DNA from: Patescibacteria group bacterium
Lineage (GTDB): Bacteria; Patescibacteriota; Patescibacteriia; Magasanikbacterales; UBA922
NCBI GenBank assembly: GCA_041651535.1
Contig: JBAZIZ010000001.1
Span: forward strand, 6,011 to 70,010
DNA length: 64,000 nt
Reading direction: 5' to 3'
The translations under genes and the position numbers were made by a program. The notes below the pieces were generated by a model. It saw only the letters and a list, made by a program, of their open reading frames with translations, was not told the origin of the DNA and made no database searches. Positions 27,619-38,421 of this stretch are shown piece by piece (the stretch's first letter is position 1; every line of letters begins with the position of its first letter).

Positions 27619-28863
27619 ATGAAACAATCACTTTTATTTACCAAAACAATTAGAGAAAATCCAGCTGACGAAGTTTCTAAAAATGCCCAGTTATTAATCA
27701 GAGCTGGTTTTATAAATAAACAAATGGCTGGAGTTTATTCTTATTTACCTTTAGGTCTACGAGTAATTAAAAAAATTGAAAATATTATTCGTGAAGAAAT
27801 GAATAATATTGGTGGACAAGAAATGAAAACTTCTATTTTACAAAATAAAGAAATTTGGCAAAAATCTGGCAGATGGAGCGATGAATTAGTAGATAATTGG
27901 TTTAAAACAAAATTAAAAAATGGAAATGAAATTGGATTATCTTGGACTAATGAAGAAGCTCATGCTGATATTTTAAAACAATATATAAATTCTTATAAAG
28001 ATCTGCCTGTTTATCCTTATGATTTTAAAGATATTTTTAGAAATGAAACCCGAAGTAAGTCTGGAATTTTACGAGGTAGAGAATTTTACTGGAAAGCTTT
28101 GTATTCTTTTTCTAAAAATGATGAGGAACACAATGAATTTTATGAAAAAGCTAAAAAAGCTTACCAAAATATTTTTAGACGTGTTGGAATAGGTGATTTA
28201 ACATATTTAACTTTTGCTTCTGGTGGTTTATTTTCTAAATTTTCTCACGAATTTCAAACATTAACTGAAGCTGGAGAAGACACAATTTTTGTTGATGAGA
28301 AAAAAAATATTGCGATTAACAAAGAAGTTTATAATGATGAAGTAATTGAAAGTTTAGGATTAGATAAAAATAATTTGGTAGAAAAAAAAGCTATTGAAGT
28401 TGGTAATATTTTTTCACTTGGTACAAAATATTCAAGTCCCTTTGATTTGAAATATAGAGATGAAAATGGAAAAGATCAAACAGTTATTATGGGTTCTTAT
28501 GGAATAGGTTTAGGAAGATTAATGGGAACTATTGTTGAAGTTTTATCAGACGAAAAAGGAATTATTTGGCCAGAAAGCGTTAGCCCTTTTGATATACATT
28601 TGATTTCTCTTTGTAAAAATGAAAAAGAAGAAAAACAAGCAGAAGAAATTTATAATTCTTTAAAAGAAAAAGGGTTAGAAGTTTTATATGATGAACGTGA
28701 TGTTAGAGCTGGAGAAAAATTTGCTGATAGTGATTTGATAGGAATTTCAAAAAGAATTGTTGTTAGTTCTAAAACTTTAGAATTAAATAGTGTTGAATTT
28801 AAAAAAAGAAATGAAGAAACAAGTGAATTAATAAAAATAAAAGATTTAAAAAAATATGTTTAA
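27619..28863 (+). CDS. proS: Prolyl-tRNA synthetase, short bacterial-type lacking the insertion editing domain
   Basis: N-terminus …RAGFINKQMAGVYSYLPLGLRVIKKIENIIREEM closely parallels bacterial ProRS; only 414 aa. Confidence 0.85.
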   Translation: MKQSLLFTKTIRENPADEVSKNAQLLIRAGFINKQMAGVYSYLPLGLRVIKKIENIIREEMNNIGGQEMKTSILQNKEIWQKSGRWSDELVDNWFKTKLKNGNEIGLSWTNEEAHADILKQYINSYKDLPVYPYDFKDIFRNETRSKSGILRGREFYWKALYSFSKNDEEHNEFYEKAKKAYQNIFRRVGIGDLTYLTFASGGLFSKFSHEFQTLTEAGEDTIFVDEKKNIAINKEVYNDEVIESLGLDKNNLVEKKAIEVGNIFSLGTKYSSPFDLKYRDENGKDQTVIMGSYGIGLGRLMGTIVEVLSDEKGIIWPESVSPFDIHLISLCKNEKEEKQAEEIYNSLKEKGLEVLYDERDVRAGEKFADSDLIGISKRIVVSSKTLELNSVEFKKRNEETSELIKIKDLKKYV

Positions 28864-29902
28864 TAATCTTTTTAAAAAATTTGGTAAAGATATTGCGATA
28901 GATTTAGGAACTTCAAATACTTTAGTTTATACTCCAGATAAAGGAATCGTAATAAATGAACCAACTGTTGTAGCAATTAATACTAGAACAGAACAAGTTA
29001 TGTCAGTTGGTTTAGAAGCTAAAAATATGTTAGGAAAAACTCCTCCACATATTCAAGTTACTAAACCGTTAAAAAATGGCATTATTTCTGATTATGAAGT
29101 TACAGAAAAAATGTTAAAATATTTTATTGATAAAGTGCATCAAGATGGTTTTACTTTAACTACTAGACCACGTGTAATTATTGCTGTGCCTTTAGACGTG
29201 ACAGAAGTAGAAATAAAAGCTGTTGAAGATGCTGCTATTTCAGCTGGAGCCAGAGAAGTAATCATTATTCAAGATCCAATGGCAGCAGCTATTGGTTCTA
29301 GAATGCCAATCCAAGATCCGATTGGAAATATGATTGTAGATATTGGTGGCGGAAAAACTGAAATTGCTGTTATTTCTCTAGATGGTGTGGTTACTTGGAA
29401 ATCTACAAATATAGCTGGAGACGAAATGACAAAAAATATTGTTCAATATGCTAAAGAATTTTTTAATTTGTATGTTGGTGAATCTCATGCCGAAGAAATA
29501 AAAATTAAAATTGGTTCCGCAATACCAGTATCTGAAATTATAGAATTTCCAATGCGAGGTCGAGATGTGATAACTGGTTTACCAAAAGAAGTAATAATTA
29601 CTAATGAAAATGTTAGAGAAGCTTTGAAAAGAAGTGTAAAAACAATTGTTGATTATATCAAAATGACTTTAGAAATGACGCCACCAGAATTAACAGCAGA
29701 TATTCACGAAAGAGGAATATTATTATCAGGTGGAGCTTCTCTTTTAAAAGGATTAGATAAAGTTATTGCTAAAAATGCTGAAATCCCAGTTCGAATTGCA
29801 GACGATCCATTGACAGCTGTTGTCAGAGGAGCTGGTATTTTGCTTGATGAGGCTGATTTGTTATCTGAAGTCAGATTACCTTCGGCAAAAGACATAAAAT
29901 AA
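28856..29902 (+). CDS. mreB: Rod-shape-determining actin homologue MreB
   Basis: DIAIDLGTSNTLVY…, DIGGGKTEIAVISL, typical MreB. Confidence 0.9.
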   Translation: MFNNLFKKFGKDIAIDLGTSNTLVYTPDKGIVINEPTVVAINTRTEQVMSVGLEAKNMLGKTPPHIQVTKPLKNGIISDYEVTEKMLKYFIDKVHQDGFTLTTRPRVIIAVPLDVTEVEIKAVEDAAISAGAREVIIIQDPMAAAIGSRMPIQDPIGNMIVDIGGGKTEIAVISLDGVVTWKSTNIAGDEMTKNIVQYAKEFFNLYVGESHAEEIKIKIGSAIPVSEIIEFPMRGRDVITGLPKEVIITNENVREALKRSVKTIVDYIKMTLEMTPPELTADIHERGILLSGGASLLKGLDKVIAKNAEIPVRIADDPLTAVVRGAGILLDEADLLSEVRLPSAKDIK

Positions 29903-29917
29903 AAATTATTTTAATTT

Positions 29918-30727
29918 TTGTCTATGAATAGAAATAAAAAGATAACCTTTTTATTTATCAGTTTAATTATTTTACTGACAATTTTTTTACATAGTTGTGG
30001 TTGTCTTAATTTTTTTGAAAATTTTATAAAAAAAGTAGTTTTTTCTACTTCACATTTTTTTTATAAACAAAATATTTCTATTGAAACAAAGGAATTAAAA
30101 GATCTGGATAAAGACACTCTGATTACCAAAATAAATGAAATGGCTGAACAAAAATTAAATTTAGAAAATTTTAAAAGTCAAAATCAAATGTTAATTGGAG
30201 AAAATGAAGAATTGAAAAAACAATTGAATTTTTTAAGAAATAATAATTATCAAACTATTGGAGCTGAGGTCATCAGTCGCGCTGTTGATCCTTTGGGAAC
30301 GACTTTGATTATTAATGTCGGTGAGAAAAATGGGGTTCAGATTGATAATCCAGTTATAGTTGGAGAAGGAATTTTAATTGGAAAAATTATTAAAATCGAA
30401 GAAAAAGAATCAACTGTTAGATTGATCACTGATAATAATAGTAAAATTGGAGCTACTATTTTAAATCAAAGCAAAAGTTTAGGATTAGTTGAAGGTGGTT
30501 ACGGTTTAGGAGTAAAAATGGATTTTATTCCTCAAAATGAAAATATAAATATTGGTGACACTATTGTTACTTCAGGTTTAACCGAAGGTATTCCTCGCGG
30601 TTTACTGATCGGAAAAGTGGAAATTGTTGAAAAAGAACCTCATGAACCTTTTCAACAAGCTATTCTAAAAACAAGCGCTGATCTTTCTTATTTAACCGTA
30701 GTTTCAGTCATTATTCGCGCTGAATAA
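29918..30727 (+). CDS. mreC: Rod-shape-determining protein MreC
   Basis: N-terminal TM segment, coiled coil, beta-rich C-terminus (…GIPRGLLIGKV…); position between mreB and mreD. Confidence 0.7.
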   Translation: MSMNRNKKITFLFISLIILLTIFLHSCGCLNFFENFIKKVVFSTSHFFYKQNISIETKELKDLDKDTLITKINEMAEQKLNLENFKSQNQMLIGENEELKKQLNFLRNNNYQTIGAEVISRAVDPLGTTLIINVGEKNGVQIDNPVIVGEGILIGKIIKIEEKESTVRLITDNNSKIGATILNQSKSLGLVEGGYGLGVKMDFIPQNENINIGDTIVTSGLTEGIPRGLLIGKVEIVEKEPHEPFQQAILKTSADLSYLTVVSVIIRAE

Positions 30728-30734
30728 TAAAATT

Positions 30735-31265
30735 ATGTTTTATAAGTTTTTAAAATTTATTTTTTATTTTTTAGTAGCTTTGTTTTTGGTCACAGCACAA
30801 TTAGCTCTTATAAATTATCCGTGGTTTTCTTTTTTAAGACCAAATCTTTTTGTGGCTGTTATTTCGGCTATTATGATGCGTAATTCTCATGGCCAAATAG
30901 TCTGGTTTTCTTTTTGTTTATTTTTTATGTTAGACTTGTTTTCAGCAAATAATTTTGGTTTTTATTTTTTTTCTGGAACTGTTTCAACTTTGCTTATCTA
31001 TTGGTTTTTTAAAGAATTATTTTCTAAACAAACAATTTGGTCTTTAATTTTAATGATTACGCTTTTTGTTTTATCTATAGATACAATTTATTTATTTTTA
31101 ATTTATTTATTAAATAATTTTAGTTTAGTCGAATCAGTTAATTATTTTGATTTTTTTGTAAAAATGTTAATTGAAATTTTTTCTTCTGTTATTTTAGGTT
31201 TATTGATTTATCTCTCAACTGATTTAATTTTGAAAAAAATTAATAAAAAATATATTATAAATTAA
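30735..31265 (+). CDS. mreD: Rod-shape-determining protein MreD (membrane)
   Basis: Polytopic 176-aa membrane protein immediately after mreC. Confidence 0.5.
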   Translation: MFYKFLKFIFYFLVALFLVTAQLALINYPWFSFLRPNLFVAVISAIMMRNSHGQIVWFSFCLFFMLDLFSANNFGFYFFSGTVSTLLIYWFFKELFSKQTIWSLILMITLFVLSIDTIYLFLIYLLNNFSLVESVNYFDFFVKMLIEIFSSVILGLLIYLSTDLILKKINKKYIIN

Positions 31266-31268
31266 TTT

Positions 31269-33257
31269 ATGGACTATTTTGATCCATTTGAAAAAAAAAC
31301 CGGTGTTAAAAATGATTTAAAAGGAAAATACAGTCTGGAATGGGTGGAAAATTGTTTTTGTATTGGTGATGATAGTCAAAAAACAGATTTAATTAGTTCT
31401 GGAGTTTCACATTTAGGATCCAGCTTTAGCAATAAAAAATTTTTTTTGATCTTTCTTTTTTTAATGTTTTTTTTCGTAATTATTTTTTCTCGTTTGATAA
31501 ATTTACAATTATTGCAAGGTGAATATTATCGTGAACGAGCTGAAAATAATCGCCAAAGAATTTTACCAGTAGAATCAGAAAGAGGACTTATTTATGATCG
31601 AAACGGAAAACAATTAGTACAAAATATACCGAATTTTTCTTTAGCAGTTATTCCACAAGATTTACCCAGAGAAGAAAAAGATTTATCACTAGTTATTGAT
31701 AAATTATCAGAACTTACAAATTTATCAAGAGAAGATTTCGCTCAAATTATAGATAAATATAAAGATTATAATACAGAATCTATAGTCATCGTAGAAGATA
31801 TAGATTACGAAGCAGCTTTAAAAATCGAAGTTGCTGCGGCAGATTTACCAGGAATTTATGTGCAGAGAGGAAGTAAAAGGTTTTATTTAACTAAAAATGA
31901 AGAAAATATTTCAGAATCTAATTTTTCTGAAGAAATGAATAATTCAAATAGTTTTTCTCATGTTTTGGGTTATATAGGAAAATTATCGGCTGAAGAATTA
32001 AAAAATTTATATACAAAAGGTTATTTACCTTCGGATTCAATAGGTAAAACTGGAGTAGAAAAAATATACGAGGAATATTTACGCGGTGTTTATGGAAAAA
32101 AAATTATTGAAGTAAATTCTATTGGTAAAGAGCAAAATGTATTAGCCGAAGAAGCTCCAGTTTCTGGAGATCATATAAAACTTACAATTGATTTTGAAAT
32201 GCAATCCAATCTGGAAAAAATAATCAAAGATAAATTAGCTGTGTATGGAAAAAAACGTGCTTCAGCTATTGCCATGAACCCAAAAAACGGTGAGATTTTA
32301 GCTTTGGTAAGTTATCCGGGTTTTGATAATAATGATTTTTCGGGTGGAATTGATTATAAAACTTATCAAAAATATATAAATGATGAAAATAATCCGCTTT
32401 TTAATCGAGCTATTGGTGGTAATTTTCCTTCTGGTTCAGTTATAAAACCAGTCATGGCCACAGCTGCTTTACAAGAAAAAATTATTGATTCACAAACAAG
32501 TTTTTTGAGTTCGGGAGGTTTACAAGTTGGTGATTGGTTTTTTCCTGATTGGTTAGCTGGTGGGCATGGCAACACTAATGTCAGACAATCTTTAGCTAAT
32601 TCAGTTAATACTTTTTATTATTATATTGGCGGTGGATATGGAAATTTTAAAGGACTTGGGGTTTTTAAAATTGATGAGTATTTATCTTTATTTGGTTTTT
32701 CTCAAAAAACAGGAATAGATTTACCAGCAGAAAATGAAGGTTTTATTCCAACTCCAGAATGGAAAAAAAGAGTAAAAAATGAAAGATGGTATGTAGGGGA
32801 TACTTATAATTTATCTATTGGTCAAGGAGATTTATTAGTTACACCTTTACAAATAGCTAACATGACTTCTATTATTGCTAATAATGGAACTTTTTATAAA
32901 CCACATGTTTTGTATTCAATTTTAGATTCAGAAAATAATTTTGAAGATTTTTTTGAAAAAGAAATTGTTAAAGAAAATTTTCTTGATTCTTATAATTTGA
33001 GTATTGTGAGAGCGGGAATGAAAGATTGCGTTGAGTATGGTTCTTGTCGACTTTTGAATAATTTAAAATTTAATGTTGCAGGAAAAACTGGAACTGCTCA
33101 ATGGAGTAATAGTCATGATACTCATGCTTGGTTTACTTCTTTTGCTCCAGTTGAAGATCCACAAATTGTTGTTACAATAATGGTAGAAGAAGGTGGTGAA
33201 GGAAGTTCTGTAGCTGCTCCAATCGCTTATGAATTTTACAAGACTTTAAAAATGTAA
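31269..33257 (+). CDS. mrdA: Penicillin-binding protein 2 (peptidoglycan D,D-transpeptidase)
   Basis: SGSVIKP (SxxK) active-site motif; dimerisation and transpeptidase domains; follows mreBCD. Confidence 0.85.
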   Translation: MDYFDPFEKKTGVKNDLKGKYSLEWVENCFCIGDDSQKTDLISSGVSHLGSSFSNKKFFLIFLFLMFFFVIIFSRLINLQLLQGEYYRERAENNRQRILPVESERGLIYDRNGKQLVQNIPNFSLAVIPQDLPREEKDLSLVIDKLSELTNLSREDFAQIIDKYKDYNTESIVIVEDIDYEAALKIEVAAADLPGIYVQRGSKRFYLTKNEENISESNFSEEMNNSNSFSHVLGYIGKLSAEELKNLYTKGYLPSDSIGKTGVEKIYEEYLRGVYGKKIIEVNSIGKEQNVLAEEAPVSGDHIKLTIDFEMQSNLEKIIKDKLAVYGKKRASAIAMNPKNGEILALVSYPGFDNNDFSGGIDYKTYQKYINDENNPLFNRAIGGNFPSGSVIKPVMATAALQEKIIDSQTSFLSSGGLQVGDWFFPDWLAGGHGNTNVRQSLANSVNTFYYYIGGGYGNFKGLGVFKIDEYLSLFGFSQKTGIDLPAENEGFIPTPEWKKRVKNERWYVGDTYNLSIGQGDLLVTPLQIANMTSIIANNGTFYKPHVLYSILDSENNFEDFFEKEIVKENFLDSYNLSIVRAGMKDCVEYGSCRLLNNLKFNVAGKTGTAQWSNSHDTHAWFTSFAPVEDPQIVVTIMVEEGGEGSSVAAPIAYEFYKTLKM

Positions 33258-33318
33258 TATAATATAAAATATTTTGTATTATAATAATTATTAAAAATTA
33301 ATTTTAAATTTTAAAACT

Positions 33319-34089
33319 ATGTCAGAAGAAAAAAAGAGTTTAAAAGAATTAATAAGTCTTTTGTCACCATTACATTCATTTTTAATTGGAATATTAGGTG
33401 GTTTATTGGTTTTGTGTACTGTCGGTTTTTTTGTTTTAATACCAATTGTTTTGAATTGCGATGGAACTTGTAAAGCAGAAAATACTGAAGAATTAAATTT
33501 TAAAGCCCCAGAAAAATTTAGCCAATGTTTAGATAGTAATAAATATGCAGATACTGTAAAAAATGATATTGCTTTAGGAACTAAATTTGGAGTTAATGGT
33601 ACACCTGCTACTTTTATTAATGGTTATTTATTAAGTGGAGCTCTCCCAATTGAAGAAGTAAAGGGAATTGTTGATGAAATTTTAGCTGGTAAAGAACCTA
33701 GTTCAGAATATTTATCTAAAGATGAACAAGGAAAATTATTAAAAGTTGATATTAAAGAGTCAGATTTGTCTGATGTATTTTGGGCAGGAAATAAAAAAGC
33801 GACTGTAACTTTAGTTGAATTTTCAGATTTTGAATGCCCTTATTGTACAAGATTTTCAGCTACTGTCGAACAACTTTTAGCTGATTATGGAGATAAAATA
33901 AAATTTACTTTCCGCAATTTCCCTTTATCATTTCATGCTAATGCCCAAAAAGCAGCCGAAGCTTTTGAATGTGCTAAAGAACAGGGAAAAGCTTTGGAAA
34001 TGCATAATAAATTATTTGAATTGTCTGGTAATGATAGTTTAAGTATAAATAATTATAAAAAAGCAGCTAGTGAACTTGGATTAAAATAA
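33319..34089 (+). CDS. DsbA-family thiol:disulfide oxidoreductase with N-terminal TM anchor
   Basis: FECPYCTRF CxxC motif in a thioredoxin fold. Confidence 0.7.
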   Translation: MSEEKKSLKELISLLSPLHSFLIGILGGLLVLCTVGFFVLIPIVLNCDGTCKAENTEELNFKAPEKFSQCLDSNKYADTVKNDIALGTKFGVNGTPATFINGYLLSGALPIEEVKGIVDEILAGKEPSSEYLSKDEQGKLLKVDIKESDLSDVFWAGNKKATVTLVEFSDFECPYCTRFSATVEQLLADYGDKIKFTFRNFPLSFHANAQKAAEAFECAKEQGKALEMHNKLFELSGNDSLSINNYKKAASELGLK

Positions 34090-34111
34090 AACTAAATCTA
34101 AAAGATATTTT

Positions 34112-34146
34112 GAAAGACTTTCAATAAAATGAAGGTCTTTTTTTAT
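34112..34146 (+). terminator. Probable intrinsic terminator after the DsbA-like gene
   Basis: gaaagactttcaataaaatgaaggtcttttttt: imperfect stem plus T7. Confidence 0.4.
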
Positions 34147-34201
34147 TTTACAAAAGGTCTTTTTTGTGCTAATATTATGAAATAAATATCTAAAATAAAA
34201 T

Positions 34202-35266
34202 ATGTTAGACGATATAAAAAATATAAAAAAAATTGATTCTAAAAACATGCTTGGTAGTTTACAATTATTATATAAACAAGTCGAACAAATATATCAAGAA
34301 TCAAATTATTTAGAAATTCCAAAATCATATAAAAAAGTAAAAAATATTGTTGTTTTTGGTATGGGCGGTTCAGCTCTTGGAGCTCAAGTTATAAAAAATG
34401 TATTTGCTAATAATATAAAAATTTCTTTGGAAATTGTAAATGATTATAATGTACCAAAATTTGTAAATAACAATACTTTGGCTATTTGTTCTAGCTATTC
34501 GGGAAGTACAGAAGAAGTGCTTACAGTTTTTGAAGAATTAAAAAAACGTCATGCAAAAATAATAGTCATAGCAGCTGGTGGAAAATTGGCAAGTTTTGCA
34601 AAAATAAATAAATTACCAGCGCTTGTTTTTAAAACAGAAAATAATCCTTGTTCATCACCACGTATGGGACTTGGTTATTCTATTTTTGGTCAAATTATTT
34701 TACTTAATAAAATAGGAATTTTAAAAATCTCTCAAAAATATTTTAAAGAAATTGTTGCAACTATTGCTTTTTATGATTCTTTTTTTGGTGTACTTACTCC
34801 TAAAAAAGAAAATATTGCTAAACAATTAGCAGAAAAAATGATAAATTTTTCAGTTTTTTATGTTGCTTCAGAACATTTAGTAGGAAACGCTCATATTGCT
34901 GCTAATCAAATGAACGAAAATGCAAAAAGATTTGCTGCTTATTTTACTTTACCAGAATTGAATCATCATTTATTAGAAGGCATGGCTTATCCAGAAAGTA
35001 ATAAAAAAAATTTATTTTTTGTTTTATTTAAATCAAAAAATTATTTTTCACGTACACAAAAAAGATATGATATTACTACAAAAGTTTTGCAAAAAAATCA
35101 AATAAAAAATTTTGTTTATGAAACAAAAGAAAAAGATAAAATTTTAGAAATGTGCGAACTATTAGTTTTAGGAAGTTATGTTAGTTATTATTTAGCAATA
35201 CTCAAAAAGATTGATCCGACGGCTATACCTTATGTTGATTTTTTTAAGAAACGAATGGGGAATTAG
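34202..35266 (+). CDS. SIS-domain bifunctional phosphoglucose/phosphomannose isomerase family protein
   Basis: VFGMGGSALGAQV SIS motif; about 350-aa PGI/PMI-type architecture. Confidence 0.65.
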   Translation: MLDDIKNIKKIDSKNMLGSLQLLYKQVEQIYQESNYLEIPKSYKKVKNIVVFGMGGSALGAQVIKNVFANNIKISLEIVNDYNVPKFVNNNTLAICSSYSGSTEEVLTVFEELKKRHAKIIVIAAGGKLASFAKINKLPALVFKTENNPCSSPRMGLGYSIFGQIILLNKIGILKISQKYFKEIVATIAFYDSFFGVLTPKKENIAKQLAEKMINFSVFYVASEHLVGNAHIAANQMNENAKRFAAYFTLPELNHHLLEGMAYPESNKKNLFFVLFKSKNYFSRTQKRYDITTKVLQKNQIKNFVYETKEKDKILEMCELLVLGSYVSYYLAILKKIDPTAIPYVDFFKKRMGN

Positions 35267-35280
35267 CAAGTAAAGATAAT

Positions 35281-36129
35281 ATGAAAATATCAATAATCAC
35301 CGTTACTTGGAATAATGAAAAGACAATAAAAAAGCAAATAGAAAGTGTAAAAAAAGGCGCCGGTGATTTAGAATTTGAAGAAATCATTATTGATAATAAC
35401 TCAACTGATAATACTGTTGAAATAATTAAAAAATATCCTGAAATAAAGTTAATTCAAAATAAAGAAAATTTAGGTTTTGCTGCCGCTAACAATCAAGGTT
35501 ATAAAATTGCGAGTGGTGAATTTATTTTATTTTTAAATCCTGATAATGAACTTGAAGAAAATTCTTTAAAAAAAATAATTCAAAAAATGGAAAGCGACCC
35601 AGCAATAGGATTATTAAGTGTTAAATTGGTTAATACTGATGGAACTTATAATAAAAATGCTGGACCAAGAAGATTTCCAAAACTTTTTAATCAAATTGCT
35701 TTACTATTAAAAATTCCTCATCTATTTCCAAAAGTTTTAGATAATTATTTGATGACAGATTTTGATCCGGAAAAAGAACAAGAAGTGGACAGTGTTCGTG
35801 GTGCTTTTATGTTATTACAAAAAACAACTTTGGATAAATTAGGTTTTGCTTTTGACCCTCGTTATTTCATTTGGTTTGAAGATGTTGATTTGTGTAGAGA
35901 AATAAAAAAATTAAACTTAAAAGTAATTTATACACCGATTGTAACTTGCATTGATCTTTTTGGACAAAGTTTTAAACAAAGAACAAATATTTGGAAACAA
36001 AAAATTTTTACAAAAAGCATGTTATTGTATTTCAAAAAATGGGAGAAAATGTATATTTGGATTTGGGTTGCTATTTTTAGGCCAGTAGCTGTTTTTATTG
36101 TTCGGTTGGATAATTTAAGAAAAAAATAA
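35281..36129 (+). CDS. Glycosyltransferase family 2
   Basis: MKISIITVTWNNEKTI…IIIDNNSTDNT GT2 N-terminal motifs. Confidence 0.75.
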   Translation: MKISIITVTWNNEKTIKKQIESVKKGAGDLEFEEIIIDNNSTDNTVEIIKKYPEIKLIQNKENLGFAAANNQGYKIASGEFILFLNPDNELEENSLKKIIQKMESDPAIGLLSVKLVNTDGTYNKNAGPRRFPKLFNQIALLLKIPHLFPKVLDNYLMTDFDPEKEQEVDSVRGAFMLLQKTTLDKLGFAFDPRYFIWFEDVDLCREIKKLNLKVIYTPIVTCIDLFGQSFKQRTNIWKQKIFTKSMLLYFKKWEKMYIWIWVAIFRPVAVFIVRLDNLRKK

Positions 36130-36131
36130 TT

Positions 36132-37181
36132 ATGAATAAATTAGCCATAAATTTAGTTGTTTGGAATGGAGCTAAATATATTCCTTATCTTTTTGATTCG
36201 CTTAAAAAACAAAAATTTCAAGATTTTAAATTATATATTCTAGATAATAATTCAACTGATAATACTGTAAAATTGATAGAAAAAGAATTAGAATCAGTAA
36301 ATTTTCAATATGATTTTTATAAAAATAAAGAAAATTTAGGTTTTGCTGGTGGTCATAATGAATTGTATCAAAAAATAGTTGAAAAATATTTTCTTCTTTT
36401 AAATCAAGATATGTATTTAAAAGAAGATTGTCTCGAAAAACTAATTGATTTTTTGGATAAAAATGAAGATGTAGCTGTGATTTCACCTCGACTTATGAAA
36501 TGGAATTTTGAAAATATAGAAAACGGTTTAGAAAAAAGTTTTAGTAATAAAATCGATACGCTCGGTTTGAAACTTTATAAAAATAGACAAGTTTCTGAAA
36601 TTTTTGCAGAATATGATTGGGAAGAAATTAAAAATAATTTTACAGATAATAAATTAGAAGTATTTGGAGTTTCTGGAGCCCAGCCAGTTTTTAGAAAAAA
36701 TATAATTGATAAAATAAGACTTTCAGAATCAGAATTTTTAGATTCAGATTATCATTCTTATAAAGAAGATGTTGATCTTGCTTATCGTTTAGCAACTACA
36801 AAAAATAAAGCTTATATAATTTTAGATGCGATTACTTATCATGATCGGACAGCCAGTGGCTTAAAAGAAATAAATAAGAAAAATATTATAAAACATAAAC
36901 AAAATCAAAGCGATTATGTCCAGTATAATAGTTATAAAAATCATTTATTAACTATTTACAAAAATGAATACTGGCAAAATTTTCTTATTGATTTTTTTTC
37001 TATTTTATGGTATGAATTAAAGAAATTCTTTTTCTATCTTTATTTTAAACCGAAGATATTAAAAGCTTGGATTGAAATTTTTAAATTGAGAAAAAAGATT
37101 CAAAATAAGCGAAAAATTATAAAAAATTACAGAAAATTAAGTTCGCAAGAATTTAGAAAATTTATAGAGATAAAATATTAA
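36132..37181 (+). CDS. Glycosyltransferase family 2
   Basis: LVVWNGAKYIPYLFDSLKKQ…YILDNNSTDNT. Confidence 0.75.
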   Translation: MNKLAINLVVWNGAKYIPYLFDSLKKQKFQDFKLYILDNNSTDNTVKLIEKELESVNFQYDFYKNKENLGFAGGHNELYQKIVEKYFLLLNQDMYLKEDCLEKLIDFLDKNEDVAVISPRLMKWNFENIENGLEKSFSNKIDTLGLKLYKNRQVSEIFAEYDWEEIKNNFTDNKLEVFGVSGAQPVFRKNIIDKIRLSESEFLDSDYHSYKEDVDLAYRLATTKNKAYIILDAITYHDRTASGLKEINKKNIIKHKQNQSDYVQYNSYKNHLLTIYKNEYWQNFLIDFFSILWYELKKFFFYLYFKPKILKAWIEIFKLRKKIQNKRKIIKNYRKLSSQEFRKFIEIKY

Positions 37182-37185
37182 AATT

Positions 37186-37566
37186 ATGTCCGAATATAGA
37201 AAACCTCAAATTATAGAGGAAAAATCAAATATTGAAAAAACAGCGGAAAAACTTCCAGCTATTTTTGCTCACATAGTTAATAATTATTTTTCAGTTGTTT
37301 CAGCAATTCTAGAAAATGAAATCCCTCATAATTTTTTAGAAAAAATGCCATTAAAAAATTTTAAAGATTCTGTGATGGATAATTTTGATAGAGGAGTGAT
37401 AAATGAAGAACAAGTAAAAGAACTTTTTTCTCGTCCTGATTTTATCGAAGAATATGATAATTTTATAAATAAATTTCAAAAAATTATATCTGAAAATAAA
37501 TTAATTGAAAAACAGGAAGAATTAACAAAAGAAATGAATAATATTTTAAATAAAATAGAGAAATAA
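37186..37566 (+). CDS. Hypothetical protein (126 aa)
   Basis: ORF tightly packed between GT2 genes; no motif recognised. Confidence 0.4.
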   Translation: MSEYRKPQIIEEKSNIEKTAEKLPAIFAHIVNNYFSVVSAILENEIPHNFLEKMPLKNFKDSVMDNFDRGVINEEQVKELFSRPDFIEEYDNFINKFQKIISENKLIEKQEELTKEMNNILNKIEK

Positions 37567-37571
37567 TAATT

Positions 37572-38417
37572 ATGAAAGATATCAATATAGTTTTTTTAAA
37601 CTATTTAATGAAAGATGATATTTTGCGAGCGGTTGAATCGTTGATTTTGGATATCAAAACAAGTAAATATGATGTGCAAATAACAGTAGCTGATAATTCT
37701 GAAAATAAAGATAATATCAAAGAGGCTTTGTTAGAAAGATTTCCGCAAGTAAATTATATTGATTGTGGTGGAAACATTGGTTTTGGAGCTGGAAATAATA
37801 AAGGTTTTAAATCATGTGAAGCAAGATATTATTTTGCTTTGAATCGTGATACTATAATTCCAGAAAATTCGCAAACTATAGACAAAATTATTGAATTTAT
37901 GGATTCTCATCCAAAAATTGCTTGTATTGGTCCGAAATTATTAAATATGGACGGTTCATTGCAATATTCTTGTTATCGTTTTGATTTGCCATCTATTTTA
38001 ATCAAACCATTAAAACAAATAAATTTTGATAAAAAATATAATTGGGTGAAAAAACATGCTGACAAACTGATCATGAAAGATTTTGATCATAATGAAACTC
38101 GGCCAGTTGATTGGGTTTTAGGGGCAGCTTTGGTAGTCAGAAAAGAAGTTGTTGATAAAATTGGTTGGTTTGATGATAGATATTTTATGTATTTAGAAGA
38201 TTGTGATTGGTGTCATCGAATGTGGGAAAAAAATATGCCAGTTTATTATGTTCATGATATCGTAATTTTGCATGCTCACGCTCGAGAATCCGCAAAAGTC
38301 CCAGGTATGTTTAAAGCTGTTTTTAAAAATAAATTAGCTAGAATCCACGCCAATAGTTGGATAAAATATTTGTGGAAATGGCGTGGAAATCATAGATTTT
38401 ATAAAACTAAATATTAA
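37572..38417 (+). CDS. Glycosyltransferase family 2 (rhamnosyltransferase-like)
   Basis: …ITVADNSENKD… GT2 DxD-type region; GNIGFGAGNNKG. Confidence 0.7.
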   Translation: MKDINIVFLNYLMKDDILRAVESLILDIKTSKYDVQITVADNSENKDNIKEALLERFPQVNYIDCGGNIGFGAGNNKGFKSCEARYYFALNRDTIIPENSQTIDKIIEFMDSHPKIACIGPKLLNMDGSLQYSCYRFDLPSILIKPLKQINFDKKYNWVKKHADKLIMKDFDHNETRPVDWVLGAALVVRKEVVDKIGWFDDRYFMYLEDCDWCHRMWEKNMPVYYVHDIVILHAHARESAKVPGMFKAVFKNKLARIHANSWIKYLWKWRGNHRFYKTKY

Positions 38418-38421
38418 AATT

